A stretch of 64,000 nucleotides of DNA from Octopus sinensis (Eukaryota), in contig NC_043006.1 in the NCBI RefSeq assembly GCF_006345805.1, positions 29,140,001 to 29,204,000 on the forward strand, read 5' to 3'. A model generated the notes under the pieces. That model saw only the letters and a list, made by a program, of their open reading frames with translations, did no database searches and was not told where the DNA came from. Each line of letters opens with the position of its first letter. The first letter of the stretch is position 1. The position numbers and the translations under genes were made by a program. Of the stretch, positions 1-13,700 are shown one piece after another.

Positions 1-147
1 GGCACAGGTGCCAGATGAGGCTGGCGAACGGCCACGATCGGATGGTGTGTGTTGTGCCCACAGCACGGAGGCCAGTCGATGCGGTACTGGTTACGGCCAC
101 GTTTGGGTGGTTTTCTTGTGTGCCACCGGCACTGGTACCACGAAGAA
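1..147 (-). mobile_element. SINE family B, inverted partial copy running off the window edge
   Basis: Reverse complement aligns with 562-722. Confidence 0.8.
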
Positions 148-149
148 TA

Positions 150-1033
150 CAATTCCGACCTGTTGAGGCAGAGGCAAGTGTGTGACACTTGTGGAGACCT
201 GTTGAGGCAAGTGTGTGACACGCGTGACACTTGTGAAGACCTGTTGAGGCAAGTGAAATCAAACCAAATCAAAATAGATGAACATCAATGGAATTTGTAT
301 ATTTGTGGTTCCAGTACCGGTGGCACACAAGAAAACCATCCGATCGTGGCCGTTCGCCAGCCACATCTGGCACCTGTGTCGGTGGCACATAAAGACACCA
401 TCCGAAGACCCGGCGACGTAGACAGTCCACCTATGCATACCTTCCTTCTTGTGACACTTGTGAAGACCTGTTGAGGCAAGTGAAAATCAAATCAAATCAA
501 ATCAAATCAAATCAAATCAAATCAAATCAAATCAAAACAATCAAAATAGATGAACATAAATGGAATTTGTATCTTTGTGGTACCAGTGCGTGGTGGCACA
601 CAAGAAAATCATCCGAACGTGGCCGTAGCCAGTACCGCATAGACTGGCCTCCGTGCTTTGGGGACGTAACAAACACCATCCGATCGTGGCCGTCTCCGCC
701 AGCCTCATCTGGCACCTGTGTCGGTGGCACATAAAAACACCATCCGAGCGTGGCCGTCTGCCAGCCTCGTCTGGCACCTGTGTCGGTGGCACATAAAAAC
801 ACCATCCGAGCGTGGCCGTTCGCCAGCCTCGTCTGGCACCTGTGTCGGTGGCACATAAAATCACCCACTACACTCTCGGAGTGGTTGGCGTTAGGAAGGG
901 CATCCAGCTGTAGAAACACTGCCAGATCTGACTGGCCTGGTGCAGCCTTCGGGCTCCCCAGACCCCAGTTGAACCGTCCAACCCATGCTAGCATGGAAAA
1001 CGGACGCTAAATGATGATGATGATGATGATGAT
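150..1033 (+). mobile_element. SINE-like family B with ~62-bp internal tandem units, (AAATC)n and (TGA)n tail
   Basis: Units start at 674, 738 and 800; 3' end ggcgttaggaagggcatccagc...cccatgctagcatggaaaacggacgctaaa(tga)n recurs at 16153, 36661 and 53281. Calling the tail RTE-type is inference. Confidence 0.85.
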
Positions 1034-1193
1034 TTAATGTATCACTAATTTAAGATTGTATCCAGATTTGTACTCTTATTCACCAAAGGTCTTTGAAGAT
1101 GAGAGTACAAATGATTAATGTAAGATAATGTACATCACCTTTAATAAGAGATATAAATACGTTGAATTCTAAAACAAATTTTGTTTTCTTCAG

Positions 1194-1457
1194 GATTCTC
1201 TATATTCTGTTGAAGAACTGCTGAAAAAGCACAAAGCCTTTGAAAAGACTTTACATTCTCAACAAGACAAAATAGAAGACTTGAAACAATTTTCTGACAA
1301 CCTCTGCAATGAGCAACACTATGCAAGTGCTGAAATAAAGAATTTGAACCAAGCTGTTTGTGAAAGGCACCAGAAACTTTGGACTACTTCTCAGGCACGC
1401 CACAAGACTTTAGATGATGCCCGCAAATATCAGCTGTTCTTGCGTAATCTTTATGAA
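1194..1457 (+). CDS. SPTBN5: beta-H spectrin exon 1 in window (phase 0-0)
   Basis: ttttcttcag acceptor; [18 protein letters not shown]...LFLRNLYE; gtatgc donor; 264 nt. Confidence 0.93.
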
Positions 1458-4400
1458 GTATGCATTTTTTAATTACATTGAGTTTTTGTGCATATGTTTA
1501 TGCTTGCATGTGCACACACACACACACACACACATACACACACACACACACACACACCATATGGACAACTATATTTTAATGAGGTTTCTTAAATATATAT
1601 TAACCGATAATCTGAAGTAATGAAAAAAAGAACAGAGCATACTGAGAATGGCCTGCTTATTAATGCTTAACATTTAAATTCAGGTTACTAATTGGATTCA
1701 AGAGAAACTGAAAATTGCCAGTGAAGAGAACTACAAGGATCCCACCAATTTACAAGCTAAGATCCAGAAACATACAGCATTTGAAGCAGAGTTAACAGCA
1801 AATCGCAATCGTGTTGATGATATTGTACAGGTTAGTTACAAAATCTAGTTATTTTTGACACTGACTTATTATGTTCATAACACTCTAATTTAAGCAAAGA
1901 CTGTAGCTTTTATTATCATCATATAGGCATAGGCTTGGTTTTGTGGCAAGAAGCTTGCTTCCAAACCTCATAGTTCCAGGTTCAGTCCCACTGCATGGCA
2001 CCTTAGCCAAGTATCTACTATAGCCTTGAGCCAACCAAAGCCTTATGAGCAGATTTGGTAGGAAGAAACTGAAAGAAGCCTGTCGTGTGTGTGTATATAT
2101 ATATATCTATACGTTGACTATTTCTACAAATTTAGATGTACATTATTTACATTTGACAGATATTTGTCCTCACCTTGTTTGTTGTTAACGTTTCGGCTGA
2201 TATACCCTCCAGGCTTTAGATGTGTTAATTACTAGCTCTGCAGGACCTTTTAATTAACAATCTCTTTACTAGTATATTGGAAGATGTATTAGAAGTAGAT
2301 TGCAGAAGTGTATAGAAAACTAATTCTCTTCAAAGACTGATGAAAACGGTTTTGAAGTTAAAATGTTTTATTTTTACTGCTCGTGACTCTATTTTAAAAT
2401 CATGTGTTGTCAGCTATCAAAATAAAATTAATTTAATAATTGTTTAACTGTTTAAATGTAGTAATGCTAACAGCACTCTCCTGTTTATTTTACAATGAAA
2501 TTCTTTGAAATTAAGAAGGCCTGAAATGTCTTTTTGTAAGTGCTCTGCTGTTCAATATAATACCATTTTCACTAACAATTGTAATATTTAATAGATATTT
2601 AATGCAACTATCAGATGTGGATTTGAAAAAGTTGCTTCATTATGATCATCAATATTATATTGATTGTTACTATTGATCTTCTTCCATTCAACAGTTCTGG
2701 ACTACTTTGAAAAAATTAGATTATAGTGTAAGTTATAAGTATTGTGAGCATTTTTGTATTTTAATGGTGTATCAAGATATTGTTTTCACAGTTTTGTAGA
2801 AAGATGGTCACATTTTGTAGAATTAGATGTTCACATTAATGGCTGCATGCTGTGTCTTCATTACTTATTTCAAATTATAATCTCAGACTTAAATGTTGGT
2901 TAAGTTTACCTCTCTGTCTTCATTGATTCCTTTAAGATATGATTTATCATCTCTTGACATCTAGGAAGGAACTAAATTGGTACAGGCTGATCATTATGCT
3001 AAAGAGGAAATTGATATTAGCTTAAAGGAATTGGAATGTTGCTGGAAAGAGCTGTTTTCAACAAGCAATAGAAAATATCAATATCTAAAGGAAGCTTTTG
3101 AAGTAAGTACATAATAATAATAATATAATAATAATAATTCTTTTTAATTTTTGTTACAAAGTCAGCAATTTTGAGGGGATAAAATGAGTACAAGTGCTCA
3201 ACTGATACTTATGTTATCAATTCTGAAAGTTGACCCCAGAGGTATTTGAAACTCTGAAAATAAGGTTGGAAGAAATGCCGCTAACCATTTTGTTCAGTTT
3301 GCTAATGCCTCCTAAATAACAATAATAAAAATAATATTCAAATTATGACAAAAACTTTTAAAAAAACAATCATAATGGCGGTGCCCCAGCATGGCCACAG
3401 CTCATGAGCTAAAACTAGATAAAATAAAAATAAAAATAAAAAATATAAAAAAGTGTTCACTACTGGAGCTTTTTCTGACACTTGTAATTAATGTATGTGT
3501 ACATTGAGGATTTCTCTGTGTGTAAATAGGTTTGTGTTAACATGAACATCACCATCATTTTACAACTGTTTTCCCGCAAGTTGGACAGGTTGTTATAGTT
3601 TGTGTTACCTTGCACATCACACACACACATCAACTGAGAAACAGGGCAGCTTCAGGGTTGTGTATATCTTTGGTGCATTTTATCATACCAACACTGAGGA
3701 AATGACAAAGGGCCTGGTGATTTTCTGTACTTGATGTCTGTCTTCCACTTATACAGGCTTGTCCTTTTCAGGTGCCAGGGCCACTTAAAAAGCACCCATG
3801 CCAGTGGTGTATTGATGCACTTGTGCAGGTGTTGCATAAGCACACTGGTGTTGGTGGCATGTAAAGAGCACCCAGCGCACTGTTAAGTGGTTGGCATTAG
3901 GGAGTGCATCCTGCCATAGAAGCCAAGCCAAAACAGACAGTTGGAGTCTGGACAGCTCCTTGCTAGCCAACTCCGTGTCAAACCATCCAACCCATGTCAG
4001 CATAGAGAGCAGATGTTAAACAATGATGATGATGATATGTGTGTGTGTGTATATATTATCATCGTTGTTTAACTTCTTCATCCCATACTGGCATAGGTTG
4101 GACAGATTGACAGGAACCGGCCAAGCAGGAGGCTGTGCCATGCTCCTGTGTCTGTTTTGGCATGGTTTTTACAGCTTGAATCCCTTCCAAACACCAATCA
4201 CTTTACAGTGTGGACTGGATGCTTTTAAGTGGTACCTGCACTGACAGGGTCACCAGGTAACTTTGCAAGACAAGGAATCTTTGAGATGGGAGGGAATGGT
4301 GGAGGAGGAGCTCTTGTGTCAGATGATGAAAGGTTTGTGTGACAGAGAGACAGAAACAGATGTCATGCTGCAAAGGAGGTACATGGTTACCCAGCCAGAG

Positions 4401-4690
4401 AGAGAGAGAAAGGGTAGGAGAGAGCAGGAGAGGGATGGTGGCAAATGCCAGGGTATACTCGCAACGAAAGAAGACCAGGGAATAGATGGAATGGTAGAGT
4501 AAGGAACAGAGATAAATGGTGGCAGGGTATTGCCAAAAGCTCATGAGCAGGGAGTGGAAGTGGGGAATGCTGTGACTGGTGAGAATCTGAGTATATAGAG
4601 GGGGAGGGGATGAGGAAGGCAACAATACAGCGACCAGGGTAGTGAGGACTGGATTGGGGAGTGGGAAATGTGCTTGTATATATATGTGTA

Positions 4691-4743
<53 letters not shown>

Positions 4744-7700
4744 ATTTTCTTTATTTGTGAATTAAGACTACCATTGATTTCGTGTTAAGAAAAATAGGAA
4801 AATATCCTAGTGTCTTAGCATTTTTTCAAGCCGATCACATGGAGAAAGGTGTTTGCCTCCAAACAGTCTCACTTTGTTCACAGGATTTCTCATAAATTTA
4901 TGTGAATGAACCAAGGGACGTTACTCTAGAGTCTCATCTTTTGGAATTTTGTCTCCCTTGAATTTGTATGATTAATTATTTTGCATTCTTTGTTTTTTTT
5001 TTTGTTCTGGTACGTTGAGGTACAATGTCATTGGAGCACATTTCTCCTTTGTGTGAAATTTGTGTGCTATGTGTGTTTTCATTTAGGAAAGGGGCTATCC
5101 TGGTAGGGTTACCCTCGTTTATAGGGGGTCTTCTTTGAAACATTTGAGTGTAAAATATTGATGACCTTCTGGATCTTGGAATCATCTGCAAAGATTCTTA
5201 TGTTGCTGTGCTTGATGTCAGTAATGTCATTAATGTAGATGATGAAAAGAAGTGGGCCCAACACAGTGCCTTGTGGAACACCTCTACCAACTTTGGCTGG
5301 GCTTGATTTTACTCCTTCAACTGTGTGTTGGGTTCTGCCTGTGAGGAAGCACTTCATCCATTGTAGTAACTTTCCAGAGACACCCATGCCGGATAGTTTT
5401 TTCTAGAGAATTTTATGATCAGCCCTGTCAAAGGCCTTGCTGAAATAAAGGTAGATGACATAAGTGTAGGAGCCCCGTCCCAAAGCTCTTAAGATGTCAT
5501 CAAAGTGATGCAGGGGCTGCGTTAGGCAGTGTCTTTCATTACAGAACCCATGTTGGTTGGGGTTCAGCAGTCTATTTCTTTCAAGTAAGTGGGTTATTCG
5601 TGATCTTACCACCCTCTCAAATACTTTGATGATATGGGAGGTGAGTGAAATTGAATGGTAGTTCACTGCAAGGGACTTCTTTTCCCTTTTGAAAACTGGG
5701 ACAGAAAGTTTTCAGGAATATAGTCAATGTCCAGAAAGTTTTCAGGAATATAGCCAATGTCCTGTGAGTTCCTCCACAGATTAGCAAGTTGGTATTGACA
5801 TACCTTGAGGACACAAGCAGGGAACCTATCAGGGCCTGTTGCTGAATTGTGTTTAATTTCGTTTATTGCTGCTAAGACATCAGTGACACCAAACATTATG
5901 TCCGATATATAGTGTGTTGAGGATTAACATCACTGTTACAGTCCAGATCGGCCATATCTGAGCAGTATTGCTTCTGCAGTATCTCGTTCATGGTTTTGGC
6001 ATTACCTCAGCGAGTGCCATTTTCATCAATTAGCAGGCCAACAGTAGAGACAGTGACCTTGTGTTTTTTTGCAAAAGAGAACACTTTGGGGTTGAATTTG
6101 ATTTTCTCAATGATCCATTTCCTCTCAGCTGTTCTTTGGTTATTGATGATGGTCTTCATGTATTGTTGGAGATTATATATTTTTTGATTTGAGCAGGGTG
6201 AAAGATGTCGAATATATGTGTAGCTATTGGCATTATTGTGTGTGTGTCAAAATTGACAAAAGGCAGAGCAGGCCCAAAAAACTGCTCTATTGGGGGCAAC
6301 TAGGATTTTGAGATTGGTGCTTGGGTGTTGAGTATCTTCCACAATAAGTTAACATCCAATAACAATAGCCTTGTGCTTATTATTATTATTTCTAACATAG
6401 AAATGAGGCCATATTTTTTTTTTAATTATATAGGAGGAATATAGTCAATTAAATCAACCTCGGTACTTGAAAGGCAATTTTTATCAATTCCAAAATGGTG
6501 GAAGCAAATTAATCTTAGTAGGATAAGGAATTTAAATATTACAAAGAATTTTTTTAATCCAGCCCCTTAGTGGTTATAAGGTCCATTAGAAGTAATTTAA
6601 ATGATATTAATAATTTTTATGATAATTATAATTTTGTGTGTTTTAATGAAAACCATTAAAGAATAATTTATTGAGTTAGACTGTAAATAAGCATGACTAA
6701 CTAACCAGGCCAGAAGAAAATAAAAATCTCATTAATACCCAAATAATCATTATGCTAATAATTCTATTCTCACATAGGTGTGGCTGTGTGGTAAGAAATT
6801 TGCTTCTCAACCACATGGTTTGAGGTTCAGTCCCACAGCATGGCACCTTGGGCAAGTGTCTTCTACTATAGCCTCAGGCTGACCAAAGCCTTGTGAGTAG
6901 ATTTGGTAGATGGACACTGAAAAAAACCCACCCTATATATATATATATGTATGTATGTATATATTTGTGTTTGTGTGTGTGTTGCCCCCCCCCCAACCAC
7001 CAACGCTTGACAACCAATGTCGGTGTTTACATCCCTGTTACCTAGCAGTTCAGCAAAAGAGACCGATAGAATAAGTACCAGACTTACAAAGAATAAGTCC
7101 AGGGATTGATTTCTTTGACTAAAAGGCAGTGCTCTAGCGTGGTCACCGTCAAAATGACTGAAACCAGTAAAATATTATGAGCATAACATTTGGTCAATTT
7201 TCTGCTCTTGTTTAGATATTTAAATTTTTTGTTGTTGCAGGTTTGAATTGGTTTGTTTCTTGATATCATTATTTCATGTCTATCTTTGTTTAACAGGCTC
7301 TAACAATAAATCGTGATTTGGATGATCTCAATCAGTGGCTGGATGAAACGGAGAGTCAACTGACCTCTGAAGACCATGGCAAAGACTTAGTCACTGTCAC
7401 CATGCTTATTAAAAAAAATCAGGTATTGATTGTCATTATCATTTCTATCTGTTAGAGAATGTTCATATTATTATATGTAATAAAACTATTTATGTTCATG
7501 GAGGGCTTAAGGCACAGGTTTTTTTCTGGTTATTTCAGTTTATGAATTGCAAATAGCTTAAGGTGAACTTAGTAATTTATCACAGCTTGAGAAAAATTTT
7601 TTAACATGACAAATGTAAACTTCATCGATGAAGAAATATTTCTTCAAGATAATTAGTTTTGTAATTTAAAATATACTTAAATACTTTGTCGAACGACAAC

Positions 7701-10700
7701 ACTACCTCTAGAAGTTTTCAAACTTGTCCGATTTTCTAAGAGTTAAAACTTATAATAGATTGATCACAGGTTAGTAATTGTTATCCTGATTGCTAATGCA
7801 TAAACAACAACAACAATAATTAATTAGATATGTAGTCAAATCATGTAATTACTCTCATTTCTTATACTTGTGAAATGCACTTTAGAACAGATTTAAAAAT
7901 TGATTTTCTTTTTTATTGAATACAAAAGTATTTCCTACCCATCACGTTTGTCTTCTTTTTGTACAATCCACTGAAATCCTCTGCTGTATGTTCTGGTACT
8001 TATGTTATCCCAGGACATTGAGAGATAAAGGATTGATATTTAGAATAGTCAGAAACTACTTACACTTTTTTTGTTCTTTTCTCCTTTTTTTTATTATTAT
8101 CTTGAAACCATTTTATTATTATCTATTCTAAACTAACTTGTTGTATATAGTTACTTGGTGACAGAGCTGGTCCAAATGCTTGCCAGAATTGTGCTTGGTA
8201 ACTCGCTGTTTTAAGATTTATTCATTTCAGGATCATATTGGCCTTTATATGTTTAGTAGTTAATAATACTAGTAAAATACTAAATTAATTATATAACTTC
8301 TTTTGCAATATTTATCCTGTGACAATTAGCTATTTTAATTATTAAGGTAATAGAAATTTAAAAGTAACATTTATTGTAATTAGCATTTCTATTTCTGTTA
8401 GGATTTTGAGAATCATCATAATAGGTATATATTCACTTCTTGCCAATTGTATTTCAGCGTCTGAAGCAAGATTTTGAGAACCATAGGAAGAAAACGAACA
8501 ACCTTTATGAGTCCACAAAATCTTTGAAAGAGGAAAATCATTTCATGGGCAAAGAGTTAATGAAAAGAACACAAGAAACTATTGATAGGTAAAATATAGC
8601 TGCTATTTTGTAGTAGTAGTAGTAGTAGTAGTAGTAAACATGTCATCTGAACTTGTAATTGTCTTCATTCCTTATTATTTGCTGTAAATTCATATTTATA
8701 TCTTGCTAGCATACAAAGTGGTATCAAAAGATTTCTGGACTAGTTATGTTTAATAAAAAATGACTTATTTACCTAAGTTTTCTTAGGTAAATAAGTTATT
8801 TAGATAATTCATCTCATTCAAAATAGTCACCTTGCACAGCAATACACTGGTCTCAGAGTTCCTGCCACTTTCGGAATCTGGCTTGGAGCTTGTTCTCCTT
8901 AAGCAAGTCGAGGACCTTCTATGACTTGCTCTGGACCTCAACAGTGATGTTAAAATAGTGACCTTTGAGCTGCATTTTCATCTTGGGGAACAAATGGAAG
9001 TCTGCCAGTGCTAAATCTGGTGACTAGGGTGGGTGTGGAAGTGATGCCATGTTGTTTCGGGTGAGAAGCTCAACTTAGGAGGACTTGGTGAAGAATCCAA
9101 TTCTTCATGCTCCACAGACCCAGTCATTTTTGCCGAATGTCCTCCCTCGGATGCTTCAACACAGTAGAACTCACAGTTGATGGTTTGCACCTGGTAGATG
9201 AATTCTTTCCAGGTGTGATGCTAACGACAGGTGTTCCAGATTACTCATCGTCTTCCAGGGACATTTCCCTGCTTTTGAAGCGCCTATGCCACTCAAAACA
9301 TTGCGTACGACCCATTACCTCATTGCCATAAGCTTGCCATAGCATGCTCAATGTCTCTGTAGCAGACTTCCCAAGTTTAATGCAAAATTTCACATTGGCT
9401 CTTCTTGTCCATGACAAAATCGCTGACAGCAGCATACATGTGATCACAAAAACACAGATTTTACATGTGAAGTAACCCCAAGGATTTCACTTGACTCACA
9501 GCTTCATAAAGGACACTGCTAGCTCTCATTTTGCATGCAACTATATACTGCCATCTGCTGGTGTGCTACAAAACTATTCTGGGACCACCTCATATAGGTG
9601 TCACATCTATGGAATTAGTTCTTCCTGAGTATTTTCAGATATTTCAGTTCAACCAATCTTTTGTTGTATTCCTTCTGGATTTGAAATCATTATTATTTAA
9701 TGTCTGTTGCCCATGCTGGCATGGGTTGGACTAATGTTTACAGCACCTAGGTTTCCCAAGAACTCTCATTTAAGTACTAACTAAGCTCAACGCTGCTTAA
9801 TATCAGGGATTGGAAAAGAACTGGTGCTTTCAGTGTGATATGGTCATAAACTATAAAAGGTGAAAATATTTGATCCATTCTCATTTCTAATTTTTTCTCC
9901 TTCCTTTCAGGTTTGAATCATTATCAGAACCATTCAATATTAGAGAAGAAAACTTAAATGATTCTCTTCAATTATACCGATTCTACCGGGATCTAGAAGA
10001 TGAACTGACTTGGATTAATGAGAAACAGCCAATTGTAGAATCAAAAGATTTTGGTAAATCTCTCCCTGAAGTGCAGAACCTTTTGAAGAAATTCCAGGTA
10101 TGGATTATTCTGTGTTAGAATAATCTAATATCTTGATAAGGCTCTGAATAATTTTTCTATGAGATTTTGTCTAATAGATGAAAACATGAAATTAGAGAGA
10201 TACAAACAAAGAAATAAGGAATCAACTAAATTTGTGTATAATTGTTGAACCCTAAGTCAGCTCTGATTTAGTAAATCAAAGATATTTCAGTTATGACCAT
10301 CCAATTTTTTTCCTAAGCATAACACATATGAGCCACCATTATCTAATGTGTTCTTCTTTTTACAACACTAAAGCATGACTTGAGGATATTTGGGTGTTAT
10401 TTCTAGCATATCAAGTGACCATATAAGTGTGCCTATATTTTGTGTGCCTCATCATTAAGTTTGTATATAATTTTCAAGTGTGGACTAATTAGATTTGTAT
10501 TTTGAAGAAGCACTTAATTGGCAGATTTTAAAAGCTAAATGTTAATAAGAACTGGGGGAAACACAAATAGTCTGGTTTTGATAGTTCAATTTGGATATAT
10601 TTCCATGTTGCTATCACATTGCCATTTCTGCCATTGTAGCATATGAAATTTAATTTTTTTACCAAACTTTTCTACCCTCTTTGGTCTTTGGCTCCAAGCT

Positions 10701-13700
10701 CTGAGTAGTCCAGTATAGAATGAAATATTGATGTGGCTTCCATTCTAGTGTTTCAACAGACTTGGTGATCTTGGTGGCACCCATTTCCTTCTCAAGTTAT
10801 GGCTGTGGGCTGTCAAGTAGCTTTATGTACAGCATAAATATAGGTGAAATTGCCATTTTGATGAGAGATTGCACTATCTGCTTTTGTTCATAATTGTTTC
10901 TGTTTTGTGTGTGTGCTTACAGGTAGGAATCTTGATTTTGTGTACCTCATCATCAAGTTATGGACTATACTTTTCTATGGATGTTATATGGCAGATTAAG
11001 CCTAACCCATCCAAGATTAAAAATTTGAGAACTGGAAACCAGGGTTAAATATAATATGTTTGCTTAGAGAGTCATGAAAGAATTAAGTAAATAACTTTCA
11101 AGACTTTGTTTTCTGTATAAAGTTAGGTGGCTGTGAGAGAAATCTTCACACAATTATTGGGCTAATGCAGCTGAGGTAATTATGCTCGGTAAGCTTACTG
11201 CCTGTTCTTTAGCTAGGTAAAGTGAGACAGGTAAAACTGGGTGTCTCACTGAGATGAAATGAAGAACTTGCTACAGATAGGATTTTGTAATTCATGAGCA
11301 TTTACTTAGCTTCTATCTGGAAATTTAGATTCTGTTTTAAGATTGTATTTAGTAAGACAAAGTGTATCTTGTTATATCTTTATTGGATGCTGAAACGAAA
11401 ATTCTTTGAAGTTAAAACATTAATAAACCGTGTATTTTGTAGGCTGTTGAGTTTGAAATTATTGGCCATGAACCTTCCATTGAAGCTGTTGCAACAACTG
11501 CTCGCAATATGTTGAAAAGTAACCATTTTGAAGCAGCTGATGTTCAAGCTCGGATTGATAATCTTCACATTAAACTTCAGCGACTTAAAGAATGCGCTTC
11601 TGTACGAAAAATAAAACTTCAGAATTCTTTGGAAGCACAGAAAGTAGGTTTTTTTTTTTTGTTACTTTTGATATTAACCTTTGCACAACGGTTCAAATTT
11701 TGCTCCCAAGAAACCTAGTATTTGTTTAAAATTGGGTATGTTTGGTAACATGAAAACCTCCATGTCATACACAAGTCTTGTTTTCATTTCATTAGTTTTT
11801 TTGTTTTTTTTTATAACATTGATGGTTTATTACTGTTATATATATGAGCCAGTGTACTGGGGTATGAGGGATGTGAGTACTTTCATGTCAATCACCCATG
11901 TTGCTTGTCTTGAGGCACTCCAGAGTGTGTGTGTGTGTGTGTAGCAGTAATGTCTTCCTAGGTGTGGGAACAGCATTTCATTGTGAAGAGAAAAGGCAGT
12001 CTTTGAATTGTAGCCTTTGCTATGTTGAGTATGTGCGTTTCTTAGATTTTTACCAATGATGTGGAGCTCTTCTAACATTTGTGGCAACCTTGAAGGTTCT
12101 AATAGTGTGCTTAGATGGGTTGAGTACAATAATGTTTTTTTGTCATCTGTAGACTATTTAAAGAAATTTTCACACCTCCCCCTAAAAATCCCCTGCGTAT
12201 TATACTCGAGGATTTACAGTGTGTATATATATATATCATGTGATCACGTGACCGACCAGGCTATCAGATGTTGCTACACATCGCTGGTCACAATGCGCTT
12301 CGCATTGTTTTAGCCTTCAAATGACGCCACCCTGCTGGCTAAGTGAGCAGGCCAACTGAAGAAAGAGTGAGAGAAAGTTGCGACAAAAGAGTACAGCAGG
12401 GATCGCCACCACCCCCTGCCAGAGCCTCGTGGAGCTTTGGGTGTTTTCGCTCAATAAACACTCACAACGCCTGGTCTGGGAATTGAAACCGCGATCCTAT
12501 GACCACAAGTCCGCTGTCCTAACCACTGGGCCATTGCACCTCCACATACATGTATGTTGTGTGTGTATGTATGTACGTATGTATGGCGGCCTCTGATCAA
12601 CAGGTGTTGTTTTAAGCTCCTAGAAAATCGCCAAGAAATTTCTGAAAAGCTGCGAAGGCCATTATGAATAAAACCCCAAAAAGCCTTGAATGTCTTCCTG
12701 AATGACAAAGTATTGACTTGAGGAAATATAAAGTGAAATATATTAAGCAGGAAGAACCTTTTGCAAATGTAGGAATTATAAGCATTGCACATAACAACAC
12801 GTGGATTTTACGAAATTTCAAAATTAACTGCGATTTTCGATCGGAACAAAAGAATAAAATAAAATCAAATCATTATCTGAATAACTTTTGAGTGAAAACG
12901 TAACAAGATACATTTAAAGAAAAACCATCTGAAATATATAGAAGGGAAGAACAGAAAAAGTAAAAGCCTTTACGAATATACAAAATGTAAACAGCGCATG
13001 GTATCACTTTAACTTGAAAAGAAGTTCAAAATCTTCCACTACCTTGGAAATACCCATCTCTTTGGAAAAACTAGATAAGTATCTGTATGTTTTCTGTCAT
13101 TTATTGAAGCCAAATATTAGGGGAAAGTAGAAGGTTAAATTTACATAAGGTCTTTTTTCTCTGTTTTGCTTATGAGATTATTGATTATTATAGAGAGGTT
13201 TAACTTTCATTACTCCTGATTTAAGAGAATTTCTGTAGTTACAGATAGGCATATATTTATTTGTTCCTTTATTTATTTTTCCCTATCCAAGTAGAATCCT
13301 TGTCAAGTGTTTGCATAACTTCTCTCTCTCTCTCTCTCTCTTCATCATACCGTCATTTCCCCTTTCACTATTGCCTCTCTCTAAATATTTAGACACACTC
13401 TCTCTCTCTCTCTATCTCTTTACTTCACTCCATCATCCTATAATTCTTCTCTCAGACTCTTAATCTCTCTTCTACTGTTTTCTCTTTTTCTCTCTCTATC
13501 TTTCCTCTCTATAAATACATAGACACACACACTCTCTCTTCCTCTTTTTCATTACTTTTCTCCATCGCACCGTCTTTCTCTCAGCCCCTCAAACTCCCTA
13601 AATATAGTATATATATGTATATATGTGTGGTATATATATACACATATATATAAGTACTAGGCTTGGGGTCGATTTGCTTGACTAAAGGCGGTGCTCCAGC

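Noticed and set aside
674-862. ~62-bp tandem units resembling a CRISPR array
   Set aside because: The units are contiguous near-copies with no unique spacers, lie inside a SINE found several times in the window, and there are no cas genes in this eukaryotic intron.
49-1010. ORFs of 141, 155 and 107 aa at the window start
   Set aside because: They derive from SINE family B on both strands; the same peptides ([10 protein letters not shown]) recur at every copy.
2102-2215. Second hammerhead-like motif
   Set aside because: Only the stem II/GAAAC half is present; the CUGANGA core is missing.
5702-5761. 30-bp in-frame tandem duplication in the CR1 RT ([20 protein letters not shown])
   Set aside because: It lies in an already frameshifted, dead copy; most simply a post-insertion slippage.
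9736-9851. Functional 5S rRNA gene
   Set aside because: Single copy, many transitions, degenerate box C region, no oligo-T terminator, and fused to a retroposon tail.
12470-12543. tRNA-like sequence (also at 56414 and in family A heads)
   Set aside because: A/B boxes are present but no complete cloverleaf, and each continues into a repeat body: SINE heads, not tRNA genes.
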